A DNA stretch of 64,000 nucleotides from Steroidobacteraceae bacterium. GTDB taxonomy: Bacteria; Pseudomonadota; Gammaproteobacteria; Steroidobacterales; Steroidobacteraceae. Made by a program: the position numbers and the translations under genes. Shown here piece by piece: positions 1 to 13,018 of the stretch. The first letter of the stretch is position 1. Every line of letters begins with the position of its first letter. The stretch covers positions 1,503-65,502 of the forward strand of contig JAYRRR010000006.1 of assembly GCA_041910015.1 (NCBI GenBank), written 5' to 3'. The notes under the pieces were generated by a model. That model worked only from the letters and a program-made list of their open reading frames with translations. It searched no databases and had not been told where the DNA came from.

Positions 1-1
1 G

Positions 2-1012
2 GGGCCCGACGCGACGGCGGGCCACCGGCTGGTCGTCGAATTGCCGGGTGTGGCGCCCGTGATGGTAGCGGCCGCTTCGCCACCGGCTCCCGGGCCCGCC
101 GCGGCGACGGGGGCCGGCGCTGCGGCGGCTCCAGGTGCCGCGACGCCGAAGGCGGCGCCGAGCGGCAACGAGATGCTCGCGATGGTCGCCGAGACGTCGA
201 ACGCCGTGGCGGTGCCCGCCGCGACGCCGAAAGTGACCGACGTTCCGCCCGCGCCGCCGGTGAAGTCCACGGCTTCCGGGCCGAAGGGCCGCGAGCTCGT
301 CATCGCGATCGACGCGGGTCACGGCGGACAGGATCCCGGCGCGATCGGTCGCGGCGGCACGCGGGAAAAGAACGTCACGCTCGCCATCGCACGCAAGCTT
401 GCAGCCGCCATCGACGCGGAGGAGGGCATGCGCGCCGTGCTGATCCGCGACGGCGACCACTTCATCACCCTCGGCGGGCGCACGCGCAAGGCGCGTCAGC
501 TCGGCGCCGACATGTTCGTCTCGATCCACGCCGACTCGGTCCTCAAGCGCGAGGTCAGCGGTTCGTCGGTGTACGTGCTGTCGCTGCGCGGCGCGAGCGA
601 CGAGGCGGCGCGCTGGCTCGCCGAGTCGGAGAATGCGGCGGACCTGAAGGGTGGCGTGGCGCTGGCCCAGGACGACCTGCTCGCGTCGGTGCTGCTCGAC
701 GTGACGCAGAAAGAGGCGATCAGCGACAGCGTCGAGGCGGCGCAGAGCGTGCTGACGGCGCTCGGCGGCGTCGGCACGGTCCACGGGTCGCGACGTGTGC
801 GTCACGCCGGGTTCGTCGTGCTGAAGTCACCGGACATTCCCTCCATGCTCGTCGAGACCGGTTTCATCTCGAATGCGGCCGACGAGCGTCGCCTGCGGGA
901 CGCGGATCACCAGCAGAAGATCGCCGACGCGATCCGCACGGGCGTGCGGGCGTACTGGCACGACAATCCGCCGCCCGGCACTCAACTCGCCGCGCTCACC
1001 CGCGAGAAATAG
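2..1012 (+). CDS. amiB: N-acetylmuramoyl-L-alanine amidase (AmiB/AmiC type), 5' end outside window
   Basis: The frame is open to the window edge. Amidase_3 signatures are present (IAIDAGHGGQDPGAIG, SIHADS, ETGFISN) after an Ala/Pro-rich linker. The gene sits directly upstream of mutL, as amiB does in gammaproteobacteria. Confidence 0.85.
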   Translation, partial: GPDATAGHRLVVELPGVAPVMVAAASPPAPGPAAATGAGAAAAPGAATPKAAPSGNEMLAMVAETSNAVAVPAATPKVTDVPPAPPVKSTASGPKGRELVIAIDAGHGGQDPGAIGRGGTREKNVTLAIARKLAAAIDAEEGMRAVLIRDGDHFITLGGRTRKARQLGADMFVSIHADSVLKREVSGSSVYVLSLRGASDEAARWLAESENAADLKGGVALAQDDLLASVLLDVTQKEAISDSVEAAQSVLTALGGVGTVHGSRRVRHAGFVVLKSPDIPSMLVETGFISNAADERRLRDADHQQKIADAIRTGVRAYWHDNPPPGTQLAALTREK

Positions 1013-1064
1013 CCGACCGCGCCGATTCCTTCACGGGTTTTCCACGGTAGTGGAAAATAGGCGG

Positions 1065-2855
1065 ATGTCACCTGTTCCGCGCATCCGGGTGCTGCCCGAG
1101 CAACTCGTGCACCAGATCGCCGCCGGCGAGGTGGTCGAGCGCCCGGCGTCCGTGATCAAGGAACTCGTCGAGAACAGCCTCGACGCCGGCGCGATGGCCA
1201 TCGAGATCGAGGTGGAGAAGGGCGGCGCGGAACTGTGCCGCGTCCGCGACGACGGCTGCGGCGTGGCGGCGGACGAGCTGCTGCTCGCGCTCGCTCGTCA
1301 TGCGACCAGCAAGATCGGCAGTGTCGACGACCTCGAGGCCGTCCGCACGCTGGGCTTCCGCGGCGAGGCCTTGCCGAGCATCGCCTCTGTCTCGCGCATG
1401 CGGATGATCTCGAGACCACGCGAGGCCGCGACGGCGCAGATGGTGCAGGCAGTCGATGGCGCGCTGACCGGCCCGACACCGCACCCGCACCCGACGGGCA
1501 CGACGGTGGAGGTGCGCGACCTGTTCTTCAACGTGCCGGCGCGGCGCAAGTTCCTGCGCGCGGAGCGCACCGAGCTCGCGCAGGTCGAGCGACTCGTCGA
1601 ACGGCTCGCGTTGAGCCGGTTCGACGTCGCGTTCCGCCTGGCGTCATCGCGCCGCGTGCTCGTGGATCATCCGCCGGCCCGCGACGAGCGTGCGCGCGAC
1701 GCGCGCGTCGCGGCGATCCTCGGCGACGACTTCGTCGCCCACGCGATGAAGCTCGAGCACGAAGCGTCGGGCCTGCGGCTGCACGGCTGGTTCTGCCTGC
1801 CGACCTATGCGCGCAGCCAGGCGGACCAGCAGCACTTCTACCTGAACGGCCGGCCGCTGCGCGACAAGCTGGTCGCGAGTGCCGTGCGTCTCGCCTATCG
1901 CGACGTGCTGTTCCACGGCCGCCATCCGGCCTACGTGCTCTATCTGGAGATCGACCCGGCCCGCGTGGACGTCAATGCGCACCCGCAGAAGCTCGAGGTG
2001 CGGTTTCGCGAACCGGGTCTCGTGCACGACTTCCTGTTCCGCACCCTGGAGCGCGCACTCGCCGAGACACGGCCGACCCAGCCCGCAGTCGACTCGATTC
2101 CCGCGGCCCGCGCGTCGTGGAGCCTGTCGGCCGCTGGTGCGATGGCGGGCAGTCACGAGGCGATGGCGCTCGATCGTGCCCCGGGCGCCGTGGCCGCGAC
2201 GGACCTCTATCGCGCCTTCGACGCCGTGCGCGAGGTTGCGGTGCCCGGGGAGGCGACGCCGGCCACACCCGACGCGCATCCACTCGGCTACGCGATCGCG
2301 CAACTGCACGGCGTGTACATCCTCGCGCAGGCGCAGGGCGGCCTCGTCCTCGTCGACATGCATGCGGCGCACGAACGGACGACCTACGAGCGCCTGAAGG
2401 CGTCGTTGCAGTCGGACCGTGTGGCGGCACAGCCGCTGCTGGTGCCGGTCGTCGTGCACGTCTCGACCGCCGACGCCGACGAAGCGGAATCCCATGCGGA
2501 GCTCTTTGCCAGTCTCGGGCTCGACGTGGACCGCGCCGGCCCGACCCAGCTCGTGGTGCGCTCGACCCCGGCACTGCTGCCCAACCTCGACCCGGCCGTG
2601 CTGGTCAAGGACATGCTCGCCGACCTGCGCGAGCAGGGGCGAGCCGCCGCGTCGGCGGCCTTCGATCGCGCACTCGGGACGATGGCCTGTCACCAGGCGG
2701 TGCGCGCCAATCGCCGTCTCGCCGTGGCCGAGATGAACGCGCTGCTGCGGGAGATGGAGCGCACGGTCCGCAGCGACCAGTGCGTGCACGGCCGGCCGAC
2801 GTGGTCGTTTGTCGGCATGGACGAACTCGACCGCCTGTTCCTGCGCGGCCGATGA
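1065..2855 (+). CDS. mutL: DNA mismatch repair protein MutL
   Basis: GHKL ATPase N-terminus ([42 protein letters not shown]) and a C-terminal dimerisation domain. ATG at 1065 ([11 protein letters not shown]) is preferred over the ORF-track start at 873, which adds 64 Arg/Ser/Pro-rich residues. Confidence 0.95.
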   Translation: MSPVPRIRVLPEQLVHQIAAGEVVERPASVIKELVENSLDAGAMAIEIEVEKGGAELCRVRDDGCGVAADELLLALARHATSKIGSVDDLEAVRTLGFRGEALPSIASVSRMRMISRPREAATAQMVQAVDGALTGPTPHPHPTGTTVEVRDLFFNVPARRKFLRAERTELAQVERLVERLALSRFDVAFRLASSRRVLVDHPPARDERARDARVAAILGDDFVAHAMKLEHEASGLRLHGWFCLPTYARSQADQQHFYLNGRPLRDKLVASAVRLAYRDVLFHGRHPAYVLYLEIDPARVDVNAHPQKLEVRFREPGLVHDFLFRTLERALAETRPTQPAVDSIPAARASWSLSAAGAMAGSHEAMALDRAPGAVAATDLYRAFDAVREVAVPGEATPATPDAHPLGYAIAQLHGVYILAQAQGGLVLVDMHAAHERTTYERLKASLQSDRVAAQPLLVPVVVHVSTADADEAESHAELFASLGLDVDRAGPTQLVVRSTPALLPNLDPAVLVKDMLADLREQGRAAASAAFDRALGTMACHQAVRANRRLAVAEMNALLREMERTVRSDQCVHGRPTWSFVGMDELDRLFLRGR

Positions 2856-3811
2856 AATCCGTCGATGGTCCGCGCCTCCCGGCTCCGGACGCCGTCTGCC
2901 TCATGGGGCCGACCTGCACGGGCAAGACCGCGCTCGCGCTGCGACTGGCGGAGCGCTTTCCGCTCGAAATCGTCAGCGTCGACTCCGCGCTGGTCTATCG
3001 CGGCATGGACATCGGCACGTCCAAGCCGTCGGCCGCCGAACGCGCCGCGGTTCCACATCACCTGATCGACGTCTGCGACCCGTCCGAGCCGTATTCGGCC
3101 GGGCGCTTCCGCCGCGACGCGCTCGAGTGCATCGCGCGCATTCGTGAACGCGGGCGCGTGCCGCTGCTCGTCGGCGGCACGATGCTCTATTTTCGTGCAC
3201 TGACGCACGGCCTTGCCCCGCTGCCGGAGGCCGACGCCGCGGTACGGGCCGCGATCGACGCGCAGGCGCGCGCCTCGGGCTGGGGGACGCTGCACGCGGA
3301 ACTCGCGCGGGCCGATCCGGAGGCGGCCGCGCGCATCCGGCCGCTCGATGCGCAGCGCATCCAGCGCGCCCTCGAGGTCTGGCGGCTCACGGGCCAGCGG
3401 ATCTCGGACCTCCAGCGTCGTGCCGAGCCCGCTCCGCTGCGGCTCGCGAGATTCGCGCTGATGCCGGTCGATCGCGCGACGCTGTACCGGCGCATCGACG
3501 CGCGCTTCGACGCGATGCTGCAGTCGGGTCTGGTCGACGAGGTACGACGTCTGCGATCGCGAGGCGACCTCACGCCGGACCTGCCGAGCCTGCGTGCGGT
3601 CGGGTATCGCCAGCTCTGGGCACACCTCGCCGGTACGACCTCGCTCGACGCCGCCGTCGAGGCGGCCCGGCGCGCCACCCGCAACCTCGCCAAGCGGCAG
3701 TTGACCTGGCTGCGTGCCGACCCGGACACAAGCTGGATCCGCGCCCTTGAAGAGCCCGAATTCGTCCCGATATCCGCCGCACTGAATGGTGCTTGTGGAA
3801 ATCGGGGCTGA
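2852..3811 (+). CDS. miaA: tRNA dimethylallyltransferase MiaA
   Basis: P-loop GPTCTGKT and [17 protein letters not shown] are present. ATG 2852 overlaps the mutL stop (ATGA). It lies in the same frame as the tail of ORF 1235..3811. Confidence 0.95.
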   Translation: MKSVDGPRLPAPDAVCLMGPTCTGKTALALRLAERFPLEIVSVDSALVYRGMDIGTSKPSAAERAAVPHHLIDVCDPSEPYSAGRFRRDALECIARIRERGRVPLLVGGTMLYFRALTHGLAPLPEADAAVRAAIDAQARASGWGTLHAELARADPEAAARIRPLDAQRIQRALEVWRLTGQRISDLQRRAEPAPLRLARFALMPVDRATLYRRIDARFDAMLQSGLVDEVRRLRSRGDLTPDLPSLRAVGYRQLWAHLAGTTSLDAAVEAARRATRNLAKRQLTWLRADPDTSWIRALEEPEFVPISAALNGACGNRG

Positions 3812-3932
3812 AGGCCCTGTGATAGACTGACGTCGTTCTTGCTGGGTCCAAGGATCGATTCATGACGGGCCGTTTCAGGGAAGATTCCGCGCAGGAACGA
3901 ACGGCGACCGACAAAACAAGGAGACTCCGCAA

Positions 3933-4193
3933 ATGGCCAAGGGCCAGTCCCTCCAGGATCCATTCCTGAACGCGCTGCGCAAGGAGCGCATCCCCGTATC
4001 CATCTACCTCGTCAACGGCATCAAGCTGCAGGGCCAGATCGACTCGTTCGACCAGTTCGTCGTCCTGCTGCGCAACAGCGTGAGTCAGATGGTCTACAAA
4101 CACGCCATTTCCACGGTCGTGCCGGCGCGCAATGTGCGCCTGCCGATGGGTGACGACGATCTGCCGCCGGTCGAGGACGCTCCGGCGGCCTGA
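3933..4193 (+). CDS. hfq: RNA chaperone Hfq
   Basis: [46 protein letters not shown] is a near-canonical Sm1/Sm2 sequence. The GGAG-containing sequence caaggagactcc lies upstream. Confidence 0.98.
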   Translation: MAKGQSLQDPFLNALRKERIPVSIYLVNGIKLQGQIDSFDQFVVLLRNSVSQMVYKHAISTVVPARNVRLPMGDDDLPPVEDAPAA

Positions 4194-4220
4194 TGATCCC
4201 GATCCGGGGGCGGAGCGCCA

Positions 4221-5567
4221 TTGTTCGAACGGCCGGGTAGCGGCGAACGCGCCATTCTCGTCTGCGTGGGCCTCGGTCGAGCACCCGAGCCCGACCGGAT
4301 CGAGGAATTCCAGGCACTGGCGAGATCCGCCGGCGCCGAGGTCCTCGAATCCGTCGTGGCGACACGCCGGAGCGCCGACCCGCGCTTCCTGATCGGCTCC
4401 GGCAAGGTGGCGGAACTGCGCCGACGCATCGTCGAGCGGGGCGCGGACCTCGTCGTCGTCGACGGCACGCTGAGCCCGAGCCAGGAGCGCAACCTGGAGA
4501 AGGAGCTCGAGTGCCGCGTGCTCGACCGGGCCGGCCTGATCCTCGACATCTTCGCGCAGCGGGCGCGCACCTTCGAGGGCAAGCTGCAGGTCGAGCTGGC
4601 GCAGCTTCAGCACATGTCGACGCGTCTCGTGCGCGGGTGGACTCACCTCGAGCGGCAACGTGGCGGCGGCATCGGCCTGCGCGGGCCCGGCGAGACACAG
4701 CTCGAAACCGACCGCCGCCTCATCGGCAAACGGATCAAGACGCTCAACGACCGGCTCGACAAGGTGCTGTCGCAGCGCGAGACGACGCGACAGGAACGCA
4801 AGCGCGCCGATGTGCCGACCGTCGCACTCGTCGGCTACACCAACGCCGGCAAGTCGACGCTGTTCAACCGGCTGACGCGGGCCGGGGCCTATGCGGCCGA
4901 CCAGCTCTTCGCGACGCTCGACCCGACCGTGCGACGCCTGCATCTGGCGCCCGGTCTGGAGACGGCGCTCGCCGACACGGTCGGGTTCGTGCGCGACCTG
5001 CCGCACGAACTCGTCGCGGCGTTCCGTTCCACGCTGCAGGAAGCGCGCGAGGCCGACCTGCTGCTGCACGTCATCGACGCCGCCGACCCGGAGCGCGCCG
5101 AGCGCATCGCGCAGGTCAACGAAGTGCTCGAATCGATCGGCGCGGCGGGCCTGCCGCAGGTCGCTGTCTACAACAAGATCGACCGGACCGGTGAGGCTGC
5201 CCGTGCGGAAGTCGACGGCAACGGCGTCGTCGACCGCGTGTGGCTCTCGGCACACAGCGGCGCCGGCGTCGACCTGCTGCTCGCGGCGCTGCACCAGCGG
5301 CTCGGGGTCGACCTCTGCCGTTGCACGCTGCAGATTCCGCCGCACGCGGGCCGGGCCCGGGCACGGCTGTTCGAGGCCGGCGCCGTCCTCGCGCAACGGC
5401 CGCTCGACGGTGGCGTGATCGAGGTCGACGTGAGCCTGCGCCGCCAGGACCTCGAGCGCATCTGCCGCGACGACGGCCTCACCCTGCCGGCGGGCGGCGC
5501 GCCTTGTGCCGACGCGGGCCGGTTCCTACAATCGGGCGGATCGCAGGCGACACGGGGTGCGGCATGA
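4221..5567 (+). CDS. hflX: GTPase HflX
   Basis: TTG start. HflX N-domain plus G-domain (GYTNAGKSTLFN, DTVGF, NKID). Position after hfq. Confidence 0.93.
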   Translation: MFERPGSGERAILVCVGLGRAPEPDRIEEFQALARSAGAEVLESVVATRRSADPRFLIGSGKVAELRRRIVERGADLVVVDGTLSPSQERNLEKELECRVLDRAGLILDIFAQRARTFEGKLQVELAQLQHMSTRLVRGWTHLERQRGGGIGLRGPGETQLETDRRLIGKRIKTLNDRLDKVLSQRETTRQERKRADVPTVALVGYTNAGKSTLFNRLTRAGAYAADQLFATLDPTVRRLHLAPGLETALADTVGFVRDLPHELVAAFRSTLQEAREADLLLHVIDAADPERAERIAQVNEVLESIGAAGLPQVAVYNKIDRTGEAARAEVDGNGVVDRVWLSAHSGAGVDLLLAALHQRLGVDLCRCTLQIPPHAGRARARLFEAGAVLAQRPLDGGVIEVDVSLRRQDLERICRDDGLTLPAGGAPCADAGRFLQSGGSQATRGAA

Positions 5568-5644
5568 TCGATGCTCCCGCGCCCTTCGCCGACGATTCCG
5601 CCCGATCACCCCCGACACCTGAAGCATCCGGAGCTCGCGCACCC

Positions 5645-6817
5645 ATGGCCTGGAATGACCCGGGCAGGAATCGCAATCCCTGGGGCAATCGCCCCGACAA
5701 GGGAACGGCCGACCTCGACGAGGCCCTGCGCAACCTGCAGCGAAAACTCTCGCAGATGTTCGGTGGCGGCGGCGATGGCGGTCGCGAGGACGGCGGCGGT
5801 GGTGGCGGCTCGGGCGGCGGCGCCATCCGTGGCTTCGGCTTCGGCACGGTGGCCGTGGTCCTCGTCGGCGTCTGGGCCCTGACGGGTTTCTATGTGGTGG
5901 ACGCGGCCGAGCGCGGCGTCGTCACCCGCTTCGGGCAGTATGTCGCGACGACGGAGCCCGGCCTGCGCTGGCACGTGCCGTGGCCGGTCGAGGCGCGGCA
6001 GATCATCAACGTCGAGACGATCGAGGGCGTGCAGGAACAGACGCGCATGCTCACCTCCGACGAGAACCTCGTCGACATCAATCTCGCCGTGCAGTACCGG
6101 CGTGCGGAGCCCGTCGCCTACTCGTTCAATGTCCGGGATCCCGACCAGACGCTCAAGGAAGTCGCCGAGAGCGCCATCCGCGAGATCGTCGGCCGCAGCC
6201 GGCTCGACTTCGTGCTCGAGGAAGGCCGTCAGGAGATCACCGCGAAGACCAAGGAGCTGATCCAGCGCACGCTCGCCTCCTACAAGACAGGCATCGAGGT
6301 GACCACGGTGAACCTGCAGGGGGTGAACGTGCCCGAGCAGGTGCAGAGCTCGCAGCGCGACGCGATCAAGGCGCGCGAGGACAAGGAACGCCTCGCGCTC
6401 GAGGCGCAGGCCTACTCCAACGACATCCTGCCCAAGGCAAAGGGTTCGGCGGCCCGGCAGGGCGAGGACGCCAGCGCCTACAAGGCGCGCATCGTCGCCG
6501 ACGCGCAGGGCGAGGCGGAGCGCTTCACCCAGCTCGTCGCGAGCTATGAACGTGCGCCGGCCGTCACGCGCCAGCGCCTGTATTACGAGACCATGGAAGA
6601 GGTGTTTGGCAACACGAACAAGGTTCTCGTCGACACCAGGGGCAGCGGCAACATGATCTACCTGCCGCTCGACAAGCTGACCGAAGGTCGCGCGCGCACG
6701 CTGACGCTCGACGAGCAGCGGCAGATCCCCGCGACGGTGCAGCCGCGCGACCAGACGGCCGCATCCGAGACGCCGGCCGCGACGGTCGACGCGCGCCGCG
6801 AACGGGGGACCCGCTGA
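5645..6817 (+). CDS. hflK: FtsH protease modulator HflK
   Basis: The conserved N-terminus MAWNDPG..NPWG starts at ATG 5645 inside ORF 5240..6817. It has a Gly-rich linker, one TM segment and an SPFH/band-7 domain. Confidence 0.93.
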   Translation: MAWNDPGRNRNPWGNRPDKGTADLDEALRNLQRKLSQMFGGGGDGGREDGGGGGGSGGGAIRGFGFGTVAVVLVGVWALTGFYVVDAAERGVVTRFGQYVATTEPGLRWHVPWPVEARQIINVETIEGVQEQTRMLTSDENLVDINLAVQYRRAEPVAYSFNVRDPDQTLKEVAESAIREIVGRSRLDFVLEEGRQEITAKTKELIQRTLASYKTGIEVTTVNLQGVNVPEQVQSSQRDAIKAREDKERLALEAQAYSNDILPKAKGSAARQGEDASAYKARIVADAQGEAERFTQLVASYERAPAVTRQRLYYETMEEVFGNTNKVLVDTRGSGNMIYLPLDKLTEGRARTLTLDEQRQIPATVQPRDQTAASETPAATVDARRERGTR

Positions 6818-7686
6818 TGTTCAATCGTGGCTACCTGCCGCTGATCCTCGTCGGTGCCGCGCTGCTGCTCTTTTCGATGGCGGCCTTCACCGTGCGCGAG
6901 ACCGAACTCGCGCTGAAGTTCCGCTTCGGCGAGATCGTGCGCTCCGACTATCCGCCGGGCCTGCATTTCCTGACGCCGTTCGTGAACAACGTCGTCAAGT
7001 TCGACAAGCGCATCCTGACCGAGGACTACCCGGCCGAGCAGTTCCTGACCAGCGAAGGCAAGATCCTGCGCATCAACTTCTTCGTGAAGTGGCGCATCAG
7101 CGACGTCTCGCGCTATTACCAGTCGACGTCGGGCGGCAGCGAGGACGTCGCGAACCGCCGTCTCGGCGAAATCGTCAAGGACGGCATCAAGAGCGTGATC
7201 GCGCGCCGCACGATCCAGCAGGTCGTGGCGGCGGATCGCAGCGAGTTCCTGGGCGAGGTGCTGAAGATCGCGGGCGGCAACGTCGGCAACCTCGGCATCG
7301 CGCTCGTCGACGTCCGCGTCAAGACGATCGAGCTGCCCGAGGAAGTCAGCGAATCGGTGTTCAACCGCATGCGGCAGGATTTCGCGCGCCAGGCGGCGCA
7401 GTTGCGCGCCGAGGGCTCCGCGGTGTCCGAGCGCACGCGCGCCGAAGCCGACCGCCAGCGCACGGAGATCCTGGCCGAGGCCTATCGCCAGGCGGAGATC
7501 ATCCGCGGCGAGGGCGACGCGGCCGCCGCCGACATCTACGCCAGGGCCTATGGGCGCAATCCGGAGTTCTATGCATTCTATCGCGGCATGCAGGCCTATC
7601 GCCGCTCGCTCGGCAAGCAGGGCGACGTGCTCGTGGTCGCGCCCGAAGGCGAATTCTTCAAGTACCTGAAGGACGCCGGGCCCTGA
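6817..7686 (+). CDS. hflC: FtsH protease modulator HflC
   Basis: ATG overlaps the hflK stop (TGATG). N-terminal TM segment plus SPFH domain. Conserved synteny. Confidence 0.93.
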   Translation: MFNRGYLPLILVGAALLLFSMAAFTVRETELALKFRFGEIVRSDYPPGLHFLTPFVNNVVKFDKRILTEDYPAEQFLTSEGKILRINFFVKWRISDVSRYYQSTSGGSEDVANRRLGEIVKDGIKSVIARRTIQQVVAADRSEFLGEVLKIAGGNVGNLGIALVDVRVKTIELPEEVSESVFNRMRQDFARQAAQLRAEGSAVSERTRAEADRQRTEILAEAYRQAEIIRGEGDAAAADIYARAYGRNPEFYAFYRGMQAYRRSLGKQGDVLVVAPEGEFFKYLKDAGP

Positions 7687-7720
7687 CCGGCGGTGGCCGG
7701 GGCGCCCAGGGGCAGGCGGG

Positions 7721-7918
7721 ATGGACTGGAGAGACCTCGGGGCGGCCTTCGCCCTGTACCTCGTGCTGGAAGGCATCCTGCCCTTCGTGAACCCCTCGGG
7801 CGCCCGGCAGACGCTGGCGATGCTGTCCCGGATGGATGAGCGGGCATTGCGCCGGATCGGTCTCGGCAGCATGATTGCAGGTTGCGTCATCCTTTTCCTG
7901 GTCCGCGGCGGGGCCTGA
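7721..7918 (+). CDS. yjeT: DUF2065 small membrane protein (YjeT family)
   Basis: 65 aa with two hydrophobic helices. This is the typical small gene between hflC and purA. Confidence 0.75.
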   Translation: MDWRDLGAAFALYLVLEGILPFVNPSGARQTLAMLSRMDERALRRIGLGSMIAGCVILFLVRGGA

Positions 7919-9262
<1,344 letters not shown>

Positions 9263-9301
9263 CCGCGACCGGCCCCGTCAACCCTCAGCGACAGTGCCCT
9301 C

Positions 9302-10444
9302 ATGACGCCCCACGAGTCTCCCTGGATGGACGATGACCTCCGCATGCTGCGGGAGGCGATTTCGCGCTTCGTCGAGACGGAGTTCCTGCCGCTCGACGCC
9401 AAGTGGCGCAAGCAGCACCACGTCGACAAGGAGGCATGGCGCAAGATCGGCGCGGCCGGCTTCCTGTGCATGGACATTCCGGCGGAGTACGGCGGTGGCG
9501 GCGGCGACTTCCGGCATGAGACGCTGCTGTACGAGGAGCTCGGTCGCCGCGGCATCTCGGGCTTCGGCCAGGGCGTGCACAGCATCGCCGCGCACTACGT
9601 GCTGAACCACGGCACGGAGGAGCAGAAGCAGCGCTGGCTGCCACGCATGGCGCGCGGCGAGCTGATCGGCGCCATCGCGATGACCGAGCCGGGCGCGGGC
9701 TCGGATCTCAAGGGCATCCGCACGCGCGCAGTCCGCGACGGCGAGCACTACGTCGTCAATGGCTCGAAGATCTTCATCACCAACGGCGGCTCGGCCGAGC
9801 TGTTGATGCTGGTCGTGCGCACGGACGCGAGCGACCGCGGTCGCGGCCTGTCGCTGCTGATGGTCGAGACGGAGGGCCTGCCGGGCTACCGCGTCGGACG
9901 CGTGCTCGACAAGCTGGGCATGCCGGCGCAGGACACCGCCGAGCTCTTTTTCGAAGACGTGCGCGTACCCGTGGACTGCCTGCTGCAGCAGGAAGGCAAG
10001 GGCATGCACATGCTCATGGGCGACCTGCCCTACGAGCGCCTGCTGATCGCCGTGGGCGGCATCGCCGCGATCGAAGGCGCGCTCGACGAGACCATTCGCT
10101 ACGTCAAGGAGCGGCAGATCTTCGGCCAGCCGGTCGCGGCGTTCCAGAACACGAAGTTCAAGCTCGCGGAGTGCGCGACGAACACCCGCGTGGCGCGCGT
10201 GTTCGTGGATTACTGCATCGGCCAGCTCGTCGCCGGCAAGCTCGACCCGGAGACGGCCGCGATGGTGAAGTACTGGGTCACCGACATGCAGCAGAAGGTC
10301 ATCGACGAGTGCCAGCAGCTCTTCGGAGGCTACGGCTACATGAACGAGTACCTCGTCTGCCGCCTGTTCGCCGACTCGCGCGTGCAGCGCATCTACGGCG
10401 GTACGAACGAGGTCATGAAGGAACTCATCTCGCGCTCGCTCTGA
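9302..10444 (+). CDS. acyl-CoA dehydrogenase
   Basis: ACAD signatures ([47 protein letters not shown]). Confidence 0.9.
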   Translation: MTPHESPWMDDDLRMLREAISRFVETEFLPLDAKWRKQHHVDKEAWRKIGAAGFLCMDIPAEYGGGGGDFRHETLLYEELGRRGISGFGQGVHSIAAHYVLNHGTEEQKQRWLPRMARGELIGAIAMTEPGAGSDLKGIRTRAVRDGEHYVVNGSKIFITNGGSAELLMLVVRTDASDRGRGLSLLMVETEGLPGYRVGRVLDKLGMPAQDTAELFFEDVRVPVDCLLQQEGKGMHMLMGDLPYERLLIAVGGIAAIEGALDETIRYVKERQIFGQPVAAFQNTKFKLAECATNTRVARVFVDYCIGQLVAGKLDPETAAMVKYWVTDMQQKVIDECQQLFGGYGYMNEYLVCRLFADSRVQRIYGGTNEVMKELISRSL

Positions 10445-10547
10445 AGCGAACCCGCCACGCCTCCGGGCGCGGCGCAGCGGACCCTGTTTTCGCGGCGTGC
10501 CGCGGCTCATAATGGTGCGCTGCACAACGCCACCCAGAGCCGCCGCC

Positions 10548-12707
10548 ATGACTGACCGCATCGACAAATTCGGCCTCCAGGTTGCCCGTCCGCTACTCGA
10601 CCTGATCGAGCAGGAGGCATTGCCCCACACGGGCGTTGCCGCGGACACGTTCTGGAAGGGGTTCTCGGACCTCGTCCACACGCTCGGGCCGAAGAACCGG
10701 GCGCTGCTGGCCCGCCGCGACGAGCTGCAGGCGAAGATCGATGCGTGGCACCGCGAGCACCGCGGCACGCCGGTCGATGCGGTCGCCTACCGGGCATTTC
10801 TGGAACAGATCGGCTACCTCGTGCCCGAGGGGCCGGATTTCACGATCGACACGGCCAACGTCGACCCCGAGATCGCGAGCATGCCGGGCCCGCAACTCGT
10901 CGTGCCGGTCATGAACGCGCGTTACGCCCTCAATGCCGCGAATGCGCGCTGGGGCAGCCTCTACGATGCGCTCTATGGCACCGATGCCATGGGCGATCTG
11001 CCGCCGGCGGGCGGCTACGATGCCGGCCGTGGCGCGCGCGTCATCGCCTGGGCCAGGAAGTTCCTCGACTCGATCGCGCCGCTGGCGGTGGGCAGTCATG
11101 CCGATGCCAGGGCGTACCGCGTCGCCGACGGCCGGCTCGTCGTCGAGACCGGCCAGGGGGCCGCGTTCCTGCGCGAGCCGGCGCTCTTCGCCGGCTACGA
11201 CGGCGAGGCCGCCGCGCCTGCCGCCATCCTGCTCCTGCACCACGGCCTGCACGTGGAGATCCGCATCGACCGGTCGGACCGCATCGGCCGGGACGATGCC
11301 GCGGGCGTCGCCGACGTCCATCTCGAAGCGGCCATCACGACGATCATGGACTGCGAGGATTCGGTGGCGGCGGTGGACGCACCGGACAAGGCGCTGGCCT
11401 ATCGCAACTGGCTGGGGCTGATGCGCGGCGATCTCGTGGAACAGGTGGCCAAGGGCGGTCGGACGTTCGACCGCGCCATGAATGCAGACCGCCCGTACCG
11501 TGCGCCGGACGGCAGGCCGTTCGCGCTCAAGGGCCGCTCGCTGATGCTCGTGCGCAACGTCGGGCATCTCATGACCAACCCGGCCGTGCTCGACCGCGAC
11601 GCCCGCGAGGTTCCGGAGGGCCTGCTCGACGCGATGTGCACGACGCTGATCGCGATGATCGACCTGCGCAAGAAGGACGGTCCACGCAATTCGACTCAGG
11701 GTTCCGTCTACGTCGTGAAGCCGAAGATGCACGGCCCCGACGAGGTCGCCTTCGCCGACGAGATCTTCACACACGTCGAGCAGACGCTCGGCTTGCCGCG
11801 GTACACGGTCAAGATCGGCATCATGGACGAGGAACGACGCACGACCGTGAACCTCAAGGAGTGCATCCGCGCCGCGAAGTCGCGCGTGTGCTTCATCAAC
11901 ACGGGGTTCCTCGACCGCACGGGCGACGAGATCCACACCTCGATGGAAGCCGGCCCGATGGTCCGCAAGGCGGAGATGAAGTCGCAGGCCTGGATCCAGA
12001 ACTACGAGCTGGCCAACGTCGAGATCGGCCTCGCCTGCGGCCTGGTGGGCCGCGCGCAGATCGGCAAGGGCATGTGGGCGATGCCCGATCTCATGCACGA
12101 CATGCTCGAGCAGAAGATCGGGCATCCACGGGCGGGCGCCACCTGCGCCTGGGTGCCGAGCCCGACCGCAGCGACGCTGCATGCGACGCACTATCACGCC
12201 TGCGACGTGATGGCGCGTCAGGCGGAACTGGCGCGCCAGGGGCGTGGCGACCGTCTGCCTGGCATCCTCACGATTCCGCTCGCGCCCCGGACCGACTGGT
12301 CGGCGGCCGAGATCAACGCCGAACTCGAGAACAACGCGCAGGGCATCCTGGGCTACGTCGTGCGCTGGGTCGACCAGGGCGTCGGCTGCTCGAAGGTGCC
12401 GGACATCAACAACGTGGGCCTCATGGAAGACCGCGCGACCTGCCGCATCTCGTCGCAGCACATCGCCAACTGGCTGCACCACGGCATCGTCACGCGCGAA
12501 CAGGTCATGGAGGTCATGCGCCGCATGGCCGCGGTCGTCGACAAGCAGAACGCCGGCGATCCGCTCTACCGGCCGATGGCGCCGGCGTTCGACGGCCCCG
12601 CGTTCAAGGCGGCGTGCGATCTCGTGTTCGAGGGCACGAAGCAGCCTTCGGGGTACACCGAGCCGCTGCTGCACCGGTATCGGCAGGTTGCGAAGCGGCG
12701 CGCCTGA
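10548..12707 (+). CDS. glcB: malate synthase G
   Basis: About 720 aa with malate synthase G features ([13 protein letters not shown]-terminus, [38 protein letters not shown]). ATG at 10548 lies within ORF 10497..12707. Confidence 0.93.
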   Translation: MTDRIDKFGLQVARPLLDLIEQEALPHTGVAADTFWKGFSDLVHTLGPKNRALLARRDELQAKIDAWHREHRGTPVDAVAYRAFLEQIGYLVPEGPDFTIDTANVDPEIASMPGPQLVVPVMNARYALNAANARWGSLYDALYGTDAMGDLPPAGGYDAGRGARVIAWARKFLDSIAPLAVGSHADARAYRVADGRLVVETGQGAAFLREPALFAGYDGEAAAPAAILLLHHGLHVEIRIDRSDRIGRDDAAGVADVHLEAAITTIMDCEDSVAAVDAPDKALAYRNWLGLMRGDLVEQVAKGGRTFDRAMNADRPYRAPDGRPFALKGRSLMLVRNVGHLMTNPAVLDRDAREVPEGLLDAMCTTLIAMIDLRKKDGPRNSTQGSVYVVKPKMHGPDEVAFADEIFTHVEQTLGLPRYTVKIGIMDEERRTTVNLKECIRAAKSRVCFINTGFLDRTGDEIHTSMEAGPMVRKAEMKSQAWIQNYELANVEIGLACGLVGRAQIGKGMWAMPDLMHDMLEQKIGHPRAGATCAWVPSPTAATLHATHYHACDVMARQAELARQGRGDRLPGILTIPLAPRTDWSAAEINAELENNAQGILGYVVRWVDQGVGCSKVPDINNVGLMEDRATCRISSQHIANWLHHGIVTREQVMEVMRRMAAVVDKQNAGDPLYRPMAPAFDGPAFKAACDLVFEGTKQPSGYTEPLLHRYRQVAKRRA

Positions 12708-13018
12708 CAGGCGACACCGGGAGGCCTGCGGACGACTGGGCGTCGCCTTCTGGAGCGCAGATGCCTGGCAGACGCTGGTCGATGCAGACACCGGGGGGCG
12801 CTCCGGCGCCAGGTGAGTGGCGACCGGGTCGGTGCCGTCGCAGTGACGCGGCCTATCGCGGGCCGATCCATTCCGCGGCGGAATAATCGATCGCGGTGTA
12901 GTTCATGGCTTGCGGCAGCTGGGGGCGGCCCGCGCATTGTAGTCGCGCACCCGGCGGGCACGCGAAAATGAGGGCTGCCGTGTCGAGTTCGCCGCTGTCG
13001 AAATATCTCTCGCGAGAA

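Noticed and set aside
873-1064. Upstream extensions offered by the ORF track for mutL (873), purA (7928), glcB (10497), radA (55334), the kinase (55312) and PP2C (54393).
   Set aside because: The conserved N-termini begin at internal Met codons. The extensions are Arg/Pro-rich and overlap neighbouring genes or intergenic signals.
1235-3811. Very long ORFs in alternative or antisense frames. Examples are 1235..3811 (its first ~540 codons), 3570..5396, 14363..17251, 26019..28244, 34812..36542, 44700..46736 and 56983..59217.
   Set aside because: They have Arg/Ala/Pro/Gly-dominated low-complexity translations and no recognisable motifs. Each fully overlaps a gene with strong family signatures. 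These are typical shadow ORFs of high-GC DNA. Only the last 319 codons of 1235..3811 (miaA) are real.
12708-13018. Possible small gene or remnant after glcB, for example the minus-strand peptide MNYTAIDYSAAEWIGPR.
   Set aside because: It is only 17 codons before a stop, with no SD or family resemblance. It is probably more debris from the decayed locus and is not supportable as a feature.
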